A stretch of 64,000 nucleotides of DNA, taken from IMG/VR virus record IMGVR_UViG_3300031998_000045, positions 22,751-86,750 of that record; one strand, 5' to 3'. The translations under genes and the position numbers were made by a program. The notes beneath the pieces were generated by a model. It had not been told where the DNA came from and did not search any database. It was given only the letters and a program-made list of their open reading frames with translations. This stretch comes from a virus. Taxonomy: Duplodnaviria > Caudoviricetes. Shown one piece after another: positions 17,165 through 25,617 of the stretch (the stretch's first letter is position 1; each line of letters begins with the position of its first letter).

Positions 17165-18538
17165 TCAGGCCGCGAACTTCACCACCTCACCGAAGGCTTT
17201 CACATGCTCGTCGGTAGAATCTTTCGTGAGGATCCAGAGGACCGGAATGCCGGGGTCATCCTTGGCTTCCATGGTCTCGATGTAGCCGTCTGTGAATATC
17301 ACCAGGGCATCCACGTCCAAGCTGTTGACCTTGATGTAGTCGAGGATCGGACGCAGACGGGTTCCGCCGCCGCCGCAGACCTTGAAGTTCTTGTTGGGTC
17401 CCTCAAGGAAGGGGTCGTCCTGGGTGTAGTGCTGGACATCTTGGATGTCCCGGTCACATTGGATCACATCGATGTCGTAGGCCGAGAAGCTCTTGGCTAT
17501 TCCCTTGACCTCCGAGAGGAACTTGACCATGTCCTCCGAGGTAGACCCCGAAGTGTCCAGGCCGATGGCGAGCTTCAAGGCGTTGCCCTCATGGGAGGGG
17601 AGGTAGGTGCCCGTGTGGACGAACCGGCGGTTGGGCTTCGACCAAGTGGTGTCGAACCCCGAGGTGCGGGTTGTGAACTGCACCAAGACCTCCTTCCAGG
17701 ATATCTCAGGCTTCAGGAGGTTTTCCACCAGGCTCTTCAGGTGGCCGGGGAGAGATCCACGGGTCCTCTCAATCTGCTGGGCGGCTGCCACCGCGGCTGA
17801 CCGCACCTTCTCAGATTCCCTAGGGTCCACATTGGGGGTGAAGTCCTCGTCCTCACCGATCTTGCCGTAGCGGTCAGAGTACTCTCCAGCACCAGACTCC
17901 TTGTTAAGCTCATCAGACTTGCCGATGTGCTTGTCAAACTGGCCTTTCAGCTTTTCATTAGGCTGTCCAGGCTTGGACATGCCAGACATTCCCTTGCTAG
18001 GACCAGACTGCTGTGTTCCATTGTTGCCGCCTTTGTCATCGCCACCAGGCATCTGGCAGTTCTGCTTGGCCCCCTGGAGGAGAAGCTCATAGTATTCCTC
18101 GGCGCTCTTCTCAGCCGGGAAGCCATAGTCGGAGGGGAGGAACAGCTCTTTCGGAGGAATCAGACCGTCAGCCTTCAGGATGCCGTTGACCTCCATGTCA
18201 GCCGCAATGTTGAAGATGCTGAGGTCACGCCCCTCAATACGGAGGGGATGCATCATCACGGCGTGGTAGACCTCGTGGCCGAGGACAAACATCTGCTCCT
18301 CACGGGTCAGGCTGGAGAGGAAGGCGATGTCGAAGTAGATCGTGTGGCCGTCTGTGCAGGCCGTTGGGTTGCGGTGGTCACGGGTTGGGATCAGGTCCAT
18401 CTGCATGGACACAGACCCCACAAAGGGGAACATGCGCTGGAAGTTCATGCGGGTCTCAGCGAGGATTCCGTTGGCATTCCTCTTGAGCTCCTTGAGCTCC
18501 TCGGGGGTGAGCGTATTGTTGGTGGTGTTCTTTTTCAT
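17165..18538 (-). CDS. DUF2201-type metallopeptidase-like + vWA protein
   Basis: TACTDG, HEVYH, NIAADMEVN; C-terminal LDTSGS, GGGGT, IFTDG. Confidence 0.9.
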   Translation of the reverse strand: MKKNTTNNTLTPEELKELKRNANGILAETRMNFQRMFPFVGSVSMQMDLIPTRDHRNPTACTDGHTIYFDIAFLSSLTREEQMFVLGHEVYHAVMMHPLRIEGRDLSIFNIAADMEVNGILKADGLIPPKELFLPSDYGFPAEKSAEEYYELLLQGAKQNCQMPGGDDKGGNNGTQQSGPSKGMSGMSKPGQPNEKLKGQFDKHIGKSDELNKESGAGEYSDRYGKIGEDEDFTPNVDPRESEKVRSAAVAAAQQIERTRGSLPGHLKSLVENLLKPEISWKEVLVQFTTRTSGFDTTWSKPNRRFVHTGTYLPSHEGNALKLAIGLDTSGSTSEDMVKFLSEVKGIAKSFSAYDIDVIQCDRDIQDVQHYTQDDPFLEGPNKNFKVCGGGGTRLRPILDYIKVNSLDVDALVIFTDGYIETMEAKDDPGIPVLWILTKDSTDEHVKAFGEVVKFAA

Positions 18539-18624
18539 AGGTGGTGTTCCTTGGTGGTTGGTTGGGCTTGCGGTATAGATTGTATCAAAACTCAGGTGGT
18601 TCAGCCACTTAAGATCTTTGATTT

Positions 18625-18656
18625 AGCTAAGGTCCCTCAGATGAGGGACCTTAGCT
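18625..18656. repeat. Perfect 15-bp inverted repeat between AAA gene and next promoter
   Basis: AGCTAAGGTCCCTCA-GA-TGAGGGACCTTAGCT; probable terminator or processing hairpin. Confidence 0.6.
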
Positions 18657-18664
18657 GTCAGGCC

Positions 18665-19801
18665 TTAGGCATCCAGCGTGTACTTCTGGCTGAAGGCTTT
18701 CGAGTGGGTCTTGGCGAACTCAGCGTAGGAGGGAGACCCGGAGATGAGCTTCATGGCTTCGATTCGGCTGATCCTCCTGTTCCCCTGCATGGCGTTCTTG
18801 ATGATAAGGGTTGCATAGTCCGAGGACATTTCGTTGAGGATCCTGTACATTCCTTCGACCCTGGTCTTGTCGTCCTGGCTGTCATGGCCATTCCAGAGGA
18901 GGTAGGAGACCGCAGCTGCGAAGGCGCACTTTTCGTCAGACTTGGTGGGGATGACCACGTTTGCCTTAGGGTTGACCAGCATCTCAAGGACGTCGTCGGT
19001 CTTCTTGTTGACCCGGTAGAACTCCATGAACTCCATGCCCACACCAGAACCGACCAGGCCATAGACCGCTTTCCTCAGGATGTCCTCGTTGCCGGCAAAC
19101 ATCGGGATCACATTGGAGACCCTCTCCCAGGAGCGGGGTGAGGGCCATCCCTGCTCGAGGTTCTGGTCGTCCATCTTGAACAAGAGGCCAGGGCGGAACT
19201 TGATGAAGCCCGTGATGGCAGGATGGATGTCATTGGCCACGGCCCAGAAGCCCCAGTCCTCAGGGTTGACGTCCACCTCAAAGTGCATGAAGCGGTTTGC
19301 CAAGGCGGAGGACATGGTCTTGACCACGGCCCTGTCAATGGCCCGGTTGCCTGCGGCTATGATGTACCAGCCGTCCGGCACCTTGTAGTTGGAGTTGGAG
19401 ATGCAGCGGTCCAGGACAAGCTGGTAGGCGGCCACCTGGACGTCCGGCGGGGCGGAGGTGATCTCGTCCAGGAGGATGATTCCCTTAGACCCCTTGTCCT
19501 TGGGCCAGAAGGCCGGGACGTTCCAGTTGGTGACCTTGTCCTCAATGGAAGGCAGGCCGCAGACGTCCACACGTTCGAGCTGGGCAAGGCGGACATCCAC
19601 GAAGCCGATGCCAAGCTTGTTGGCGATGTTCCGGATGATCGTGGACTTGCCGACGCCAGGCGCCCCACGGAGCATGATGGCCGGGAGGCTCGAGGCCAGC
19701 TCAGGGTTTGCGATGGCCGTCTTCACCGCGGCTGTGATGATCTCGACTGCCTCGGCGGTCGTGATGGAGTTGTGGAGGTTGATGTTGGTGGTGTCGCTCA
19801 T
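18665..19801 (-). CDS. MoxR/dynein-like AAA+ ATPase (partner of the vWA protein)
   Basis: GAPGVGKS Walker A, LLDE Walker B, AAGN, LANRF, SPRSW. Confidence 0.9.
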   Translation of the reverse strand: MSDTTNINLHNSITTAEAVEIITAAVKTAIANPELASSLPAIMLRGAPGVGKSTIIRNIANKLGIGFVDVRLAQLERVDVCGLPSIEDKVTNWNVPAFWPKDKGSKGIILLDEITSAPPDVQVAAYQLVLDRCISNSNYKVPDGWYIIAAGNRAIDRAVVKTMSSALANRFMHFEVDVNPEDWGFWAVANDIHPAITGFIKFRPGLLFKMDDQNLEQGWPSPRSWERVSNVIPMFAGNEDILRKAVYGLVGSGVGMEFMEFYRVNKKTDDVLEMLVNPKANVVIPTKSDEKCAFAAAVSYLLWNGHDSQDDKTRVEGMYRILNEMSSDYATLIIKNAMQGNRRISRIEAMKLISGSPSYAEFAKTHSKAFSQKYTLDA

Positions 19802-19876
19802 TTGCTTGGTCCTTTCGGGTTTGGGTTGGTTGGGTTTGCGGTATAGATTGTATCAAAAGACTGAGGGTTCAGCCAC

Positions 19877-20578
19877 TCAAGAATTCGCCAGGCCGTCAAT
19901 TGTCGCCTCGATGGAGGCATTGAGCTCGGCGATCTTGTGAGCGGTCTCCTCGCGCAGGTCCTTGATGCGCTTCTCGTACTCGGCTTTCACTGCCTTGACC
20001 TTGGTCCAGGACTCGCGCTGGAGGCGGTCCGCTTCTGCGTTGGTGCTCTGCTCCAGGGCGGTGATCTCTTCCTTCAGGCTATTGATCATCTCGGCTGTGA
20101 TGGGGTCCCTCTGGGTGCCCCGGATCTCATTCAGGAAGGCCATCGAATACCGTGAGGCCGGTGGCGTGCGCCCCAGGAACATGTCATAGATGTAGTAGGC
20201 GTCCTTGATAGAAAAGGTTAGGGTGGTCTCCGGGTCAATCCTAAGGGTGACCTCCAGTTCATTCTTGTGGTCCCAGGCATCATATTTGCCTTCCTTCTTG
20301 AGAGCCTCCATGATGCGCTGCTTGAAGAAGCACCCGAGTTTTTTCAAGGCAACCGAATCGCTTACGCCATCCCAGGCCGCAGCCGCACCCCATGAGTTTA
20401 GCTTCCCGCAGGCGAGGACCACCTCGCCGGAGGAGTCCATGTCGACCGTAGACTTGTTGATGCACCTTCGTGCGAAGGTATTTGCGTGGTTGTTGTTGTC
20501 CTTCTTCTGAAGAGTCAGAAGACCTTCAATGATCTTACGAGCCTTGGTTGAATAGAATCCGGTGTGGATCGTGCGCAT
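19877..20578 (-). CDS. 'IHTGLY' paralog family protein
   Basis: MRTIHTGFYSTKARKII...GTQRDPITAE + coiled coil; stop inside next promoter box. Confidence 0.85.
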   Translation of the reverse strand: MRTIHTGFYSTKARKIIEGLLTLQKKDNNNHANTFARRCINKSTVDMDSSGEVVLACGKLNSWGAAAAWDGVSDSVALKKLGCFFKQRIMEALKKEGKYDAWDHKNELEVTLRIDPETTLTFSIKDAYYIYDMFLGRTPPASRYSMAFLNEIRGTQRDPITAEMINSLKEEITALEQSTNAEADRLQRESWTKVKAVKAEYEKRIKDLREETAHKIAELNASIEATIDGLANS

Positions 20579-21084
20579 AGTGCGCTCCTTTCATTGGTGT
20601 GGTTGGTGTTGACGGTATAGATCTTATCAAAAGATCCGTGGTTTAGCCATTTAAGATTTTGATTTTTTTTAGATGTGTGCCGGAGGGGCACCAGGTGTAT
20701 TAGCCATCTTCAACTCCTTTCGACATAGATCTTATCAAAGTTTCGGGTGTTCAGCCACTTAAGAGTGGGAATTTTTTTCACCCGCATGGACCGGCTATGG
20801 CCAAGTGGCCATGCCATGTGGTGGCTGCCACCACCACTCCCTCGCATTATAGATCATATCAAAAACTCAATGCTTCAGCCATTTAGAAAGTCAAAATATT
20901 TTTCTTTAGAAAAGACAAAGCTCTAAATGGCTGATAAGACTGGATTTTGGTATAAGCGCATATGTCAGCTCAAATGCACATATAACAAAGATCTGCAGCT
21001 TAGCCATCTAAAGCAGAAGACATTGCAACATATGTCTAAGTCTATATAAGAAAAAATGCCGCATCTAGCCACTTAGCATATGCT

Positions 21085-21408
21085 TTAATTTGCATGCTGG
21101 CGCATTTCTATCCAGCCAGCCAATGACGCCACATCACGCATGTTCTCATAGTCTACAAGCTGCCGCATTATGCTTTCATAAGCTTTCTTGTATGAGCTTC
21201 CATATCCATGCATAGCGGTAAACCCTTGCACCATGTCATTCAGAGCAGCACTTAGATGCCCTTTCATGATGTATATGCCTTCAACATAAGGGAACACCAT
21301 AGCCACATGCTTTTCAGCTAGCAGACTTCCCTACTCAATGAGATCTGCTCTGCGCATCTTAGCATATGCTCTAGTGCACTTCTCCGCCTTTGACTTGAAC
21401 GGCCACAT
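21085..21408 (-). CDS. Hypothetical protein, 107 aa, one in-frame TAG
   Basis: GAGGTGGAGAG RBS + ATG 21408 (MWPFKSK...LIE*GSLL...) in frame with track ORF 21085-21306. Confidence 0.7.
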
Positions 21409-21419
21409 AGCTCTCCACC

Positions 21420-21527
21420 TCATTTTGCTTGCTTTCTGCACGATGACAGCCTGCCTTTTTCAGCAAGCTCTATGCACTTCTCATAGTGGGGACATTCCCC
21501 ACAGTACTCAATCTGGTCACACGCCAT
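21420..21527 (-). CDS. Small Cys-rich peptide (35 aa)
   Basis: MACDQIEYCGECPHYEKC...; GGGAGGG RBS. Confidence 0.55.
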   Translation of the reverse strand: MACDQIEYCGECPHYEKCIELAEKGRLSSCRKQAK

Positions 21528-21540
21528 AGTGTCCCTCCCC

Positions 21541-21705
21541 TCATGCGACAGTGATGGACGGGTCATACGGGGCGGCCGAGACGACCTTCTCACCGCGGCT
21601 GCACTTGTGGTCTGCGCGGACACGGGCGTCAATGATGCCCTCCGCGGCAATGATGACTTTGCGCGTGCCGGTGGGCGTTGCGAGTGTGACGATGTAGCGG
21701 TTCAT
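21541..21705 (-). CDS. Small hypothetical protein
   Basis: MNRYIVTL after AAAGGAG and a promoter box. Confidence 0.6.
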   Translation of the reverse strand: MNRYIVTLATPTGTRKVIIAAEGIIDARVRADHKCSRGEKVVSAAPYDPSITVA

Positions 21706-21880
21706 TCTGGACTCCTTTGCTTTAGTGGTTGTTGATGAAATAGATCTTATCAAAGCTTTTGCAGCTTAGCCACTTAAGCTCGTCTTGACGTGCAGGCATC
21801 TGCAGCGCTGTCTCTTCAGTTGGCATTTTTTCTCTCCTTTGGCACTATAGATATTGTCAAAAGTCTATGATCTTAGCCGC

Positions 21881-22177
21881 TTAATGCTCTTTCCAATATG
21901 CTTTAGAATAGTAAGAGTTAAGCTTCTGCTCTAGCTTATCACCAATGTACTCGGGATGGCGCGTCTGCCAGTCATTCATTGGGCATTTTTCATTGTGTGC
22001 CGGGCATCCCATGCAGTATGGACCATAGAGCAGGCAGCCTTTGCGCTTGAGGTCTTCAATCTCAAGCAGAGCAATCTCTCGCAAAGTCTCATTGTCCTTG
22101 ACTCCATACTCATCTTTGGCATATGCCATCATGTCATTGATGAGCTTCTCGGTGACTGGCTGTGGTGTGTAGGTCAT
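21881..22177 (-). CDS. Hypothetical protein (Cys-containing)
   Basis: Own promoter and RBS; stop in next promoter box. Confidence 0.7.
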   Translation of the reverse strand: MTYTPQPVTEKLINDMMAYAKDEYGVKDNETLREIALLEIEDLKRKGCLLYGPYCMGCPAHNEKCPMNDWQTRHPEYIGDKLEQKLNSYYSKAYWKEH

Positions 22178-22234
22178 TGTCTTTCTCCTTGATTGACACT
22201 GTAGATCATATCAAAAACTAAATGATCTAGCCGC

Positions 22235-22372
22235 TTAGCGCCACATGGCATTCACACTTTTGTTCAAAGCACGACGTGAGCTAGCCTTGTCACGCTTAGA
22301 CAAGATCGTGCGTGTGGACAAATCACGACGTATCAGCACACGTGGCATGTATGGAAGCTTCTTTCTTGACAT
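22235..22372 (-). CDS. Small basic peptide (45 aa)
   Basis: MSRKKLPYMPRVLIRR...; own promoter/RBS; TAA in next promoter box. Confidence 0.6.
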   Translation of the reverse strand: MSRKKLPYMPRVLIRRDLSTRTILSKRDKASSRRALNKSVNAMWR

Positions 22373-22426
22373 GATGTTCTCTCCTTTACGTCATAGATCA
22401 TATCAAAAGTCTGCAGCTTCAGCCAC

Positions 22427-22645
22427 TCAGCTGCCGTCAATCTCAAGCTGCTCAAGGATCATGTCTCGGTTGAACCAGACGAAGTCATTGATCTCTGTCT
22501 TAGACGGAGTCTGTCCGTCAAAGTAGTCTTCAATCAAAAGCTGAAGATCAGTCAGCTTCTCTTCATCTCTGACTTCAGCTATGGTGTCCTTAGCACCAGA
22601 CCAGAAGTCAAATGTGAAGATGTCAAACTCTTCTGTGTACTTCAT
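22427..22645 (-). CDS. Hypothetical protein
   Basis: FDFWSGAKDT...EINDFVWF; stop in promoter box. Confidence 0.7.
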   Translation of the reverse strand: MKYTEEFDIFTFDFWSGAKDTIAEVRDEEKLTDLQLLIEDYFDGQTPSKTEINDFVWFNRDMILEQLEIDGS

Positions 22646-22654
22646 GATGTCTCC

Positions 22655-22831
22655 TCAATGGTCAGACAAGACACGTCTTTCTGCAAAGTCTTCAGCCTCA
22701 TCTTTAGACGGAAATGAAGCTATGACTTTAGATCCATAATACCGCATGTCAAGCACATTCCACTCATCGCGGCCGCGCACTTTGCGCACTTTTATTGACT
22801 TTCTGTTGTCTATGAGCTCTCGGTAAGTCAT
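22655..22831 (-). CDS. Small hypothetical protein (58 aa)
   Basis: Below cutoff; AAAGGAGG RBS and promoter box. Confidence 0.6.
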   Translation of the reverse strand: MTYRELIDNRKSIKVRKVRGRDEWNVLDMRYYGSKVIASFPSKDEAEDFAERRVLSDH

Positions 22832-23008
22832 TGTTGTTCCTCCTTTGTGCTATAGATTCTATCAAAAGTCTACGACTTCAGCCACTTAAGAAGCCAACTG
22901 ACTTCAGCTTCTTGAACTTATGTGAACAATTTAGTCTTCTCGATCTTGTGAATGCAGACATACAGTGAAAGCACTGACAGCTTTATTATGATTTCCCTTT
23001 CTTTTCCA

Positions 23009-23308
23009 TCATGGAAGGTCTTCATTGAATTCCTTCAAGCCGTCGACGAGCCACTCCTCGAGGCTCGCCTTGAACTCCTGGCGCAGCTCCTCGATTTCGG
23101 CGGCGTCGTCCCGTTCAGTCGTGTCGATGTCCCATATCCCCGCGAGGTTGTGCACTCCGTTGAGGAGCCGGCCGGCAAAGCAGTTGACGTCGTGGATCCG
23201 GCGGCCGGAGTACCGGCGGCACCGCTCGTAGACGTTCGCTGCCCGACGGCAGAGGTCCTGCGCGTCTTGCGGCATCTTGTCGGTTATCTCGGAATAGAGG
23301 TCAGGCAT
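23009..23308 (-). CDS. Hypothetical protein (GC-rich cassette)
   Basis: Track ORF behind promoter box. Confidence 0.65.
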   Translation of the reverse strand: MPDLYSEITDKMPQDAQDLCRRAANVYERCRRYSGRRIHDVNCFAGRLLNGVHNLAGIWDIDTTERDDAAEIEELRQEFKASLEEWLVDGLKEFNEDLP

Positions 23309-23368
23309 CTTCTTCTCTTCTTTGCATCATAGATTGTATCAAAGACCAAGCAGCTCAGCCACTCAACT

Positions 23369-23659
23369 TCATATGCCATTCCACTGAAAGCCAAGAGCAG
23401 ACACGCCAACTGAGATGTCTATCTTCACAGGAACAGCTTTGAATGACTTCTTGCCTGCAAGATATTCCCAGTAGCAGGTCTTCCAGAAGAACATTGCATC
23501 TTCCGGTGTGCTGAAGAGCTGGTCATAGACTCCCTTCTCCAATGGAGTCTTATGCACATTTCCATACTTAGTGCCTTCAGCTGTTGTGTGGACGCCTAGA
23601 AAATAAGCATGGTCTTTGTCTTCAAGCCCGACAGTCCAGCCTTTGAATGTCTGTGTCAT
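23369..23659 (-). CDS. Hypothetical protein
   Basis: Track ORF with GAGGA RBS. Confidence 0.65.
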   Translation of the reverse strand: MTQTFKGWTVGLEDKDHAYFLGVHTTAEGTKYGNVHKTPLEKGVYDQLFSTPEDAMFFWKTCYWEYLAGKKSFKAVPVKIDISVGVSALGFQWNGI

Positions 23660-23673
23660 AGCTTTATCCTCTC

Positions 23674-23886
23674 TTAGACTGCTAGCTCACCATGCTCAGG
23701 ACTACGTGCAAACACATCACCGGACTCAGTGATGCACAAGATCTTGACATCATCAGCATGAGCATGCAGCTCTCTGCATTTCTTTCCGCATTCAATGACA
23801 AATCTCTTGTAAGATGAGAACTTCTCGCTTCTGAAAAGCTTTTGCTTTGGAAGACTTATCTCGAACATGTAAGCTTCATGCATCAC
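23674..23886 (-). CDS. Hypothetical protein, paralog of 35691-35906
   Basis: Shared Y.FE..L...S..F.S...C...C...D.VK...GELA pattern. Confidence 0.7.
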   Translation of the reverse strand: MMHEAYMFEISLPKQKLFRSEKFSSYKRFVIECGKKCRELHAHADDVKILCITESGDVFARSPEHGELAV

Positions 23887-23967
23887 TCTCTCCTTTGCAC
23901 CATAGATCTTATCAAAAGTCTACAGCTTCAGCCACTCAAGACTTGACTTCATCACTTAACTTCATTG

Positions 23968-24336
23968 TCAAATTTGCAAGTCAATGCCTTTGCTGTGAAG
24001 ATTGCTTATGCACTCTTCAAGATATCTGCTGTCATGTTCAGGATAGTCAGCTGATGACAGTTGGCTAGTGAAGTCAGACATGTCAAAGCCAATGCGCTTG
24101 CCACGATAATGGATGTCATGCCATTCAAGTGCCGCATGGTAGCCTCTAGCTTCCATCTCATGCATGATTTTCTCATGATAGCTGTACAGCATTGAATATG
24201 GATGCTTAAAGACATAGTTGACTACGCTATGCTTCTTTCCCCAACCTTTGCCACGAAGTGCTGTGCATTCACGATGTTGGCCAAGAAGCTGCATTCTTGG
24301 CAGCTTGGCTATCATGTCTTTGTGCCAAAGTCTCAT
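23968..24336 (-). CDS. TIGR02328 / pyrimidine-dimer glycosylase-like protein
   Basis: MRLWH...LPRMQLLGQHRECTALRG.GWGKKH...VNYVF...EMEARGY. Confidence 0.85.
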   Translation of the reverse strand: MRLWHKDMIAKLPRMQLLGQHRECTALRGKGWGKKHSVVNYVFKHPYSMLYSYHEKIMHEMEARGYHAALEWHDIHYRGKRIGFDMSDFTSQLSSADYPEHDSRYLEECISNLHSKGIDLQI

Positions 24337-25486
24337 TGCTTGTACTTCTTCATCGTGTCTTCAATTGTCTTTATCTCATCAGGCGTCATGTTGAAAAGCT
24401 TGTAGAGGTCATCATCTGTCCACTCGCCTTCATAGCCCTTCTTGCCTGTGCGCGGATTGATGGTGTCACCAAGCCATGGTAAGAAATCAGGGTGGACGTT
24501 CACGTCCACCATAGATTCTTTATATATGTACTTAAATGCATTTAATGCACAACTATTGTAAAAATTCTCTCGTTCTTCTATTGTATTAAATTCAATATTT
24601 GAAACTTCAGATTTTGGTTTAAGATTTCCCCATATCATTTTATCACGATATTCTTTATATGTTTGTCCATAGCAATTTTTGCCATCATTATAATATGCTT
24701 TTTCTTTTGTCATCATGAAAAGTGGAGGACATTTTTCAGTCCAGCCTTGTTTTCCACCACATATTAAAGAAATAACACATGCAAATTTTCTTGGTACACA
24801 ATGTTTAATATGTGGTTCAATTGTATTATTTTTTATAAAATTAGCATAACATTTATCAATAATAGCATTTTGACAAACAAATGATTTATTACTAATACCT
24901 GGAATACATTTATAAATTCCGCATTGAACATTTAAGCAATTGCTAAATAATTCGCATGATTTATCAGATGATATAATATCTAAAGCATCTATATGCTTAA
25001 GTACAGATGATTCAAATCGCTTTTGATCACTTTTAGCTTTCCATTTTGCTAATGGATCCTGTAGCCATCTTACTGGGCTCAAATTCACGCACACACTCTT
25101 CTCATCATTCAAATGCTTGATTGCCTCAGCAAGAATCTTCAGATGCAAGTTCCTGCTGTATGGCGGATTCATCACAATACAATCAAACTTCATGTCAGTC
25201 TCCTTGAAGTCAAACTTCTCTAAATATTTTACATTGCTAGTCTTCGGCAAGATGATCTTCAAAGCTTTGTTGCAAGACTTGTTCCCTACAACTATGTATC
25301 TAGCTTCAGGATTCAAAGCAACCAGCTTGGCAATATGCAAGACAAATTTGAGATCTCATAGATCAAGACAGTCTTGTCTGGACCAAGATCTCTCGGCATA
25401 TGCTTCTCAAACAGACCGAAGTAAGTGCATCCATCAGCATGCATCTTGCTCTGGTCTATCCGAAGCTCTGAAATGTCTATCTCCAT
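24333..25486 (-). pseudogene. N6-adenine (Eco57I-like) methyltransferase with apparent -1 frameshift near 25355
   Basis: FDCIVMNPPY motif IV in ORF 24333-25340, which has a TTG start and no RBS. The upstream 57-codon ORF 25313-25486 has the RBS and promoter and joins it with a one-base shift. Confidence 0.6.
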
Positions 25487-25617
25487 TGTTCTCTCCTAGT
25501 TGTTCCACTGCACTATAGATTGTACCAAAAGTCTATGCTCATAGCCACTTAAGAAACAGATAAAAGCTGGCTTCCATCTGGAAGCCAGCTGCAGTGGTCC
25601 AACCACAGACCAAGGTA

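Noticed and set aside
17204-20510. Long plus-strand ORFs (17204-17800, 17927-19141, 19223-19846 and others)
   Set aside because: Antisense shadows of the GC-rich vWA/AAA genes; no RBS or promoter, no motifs.
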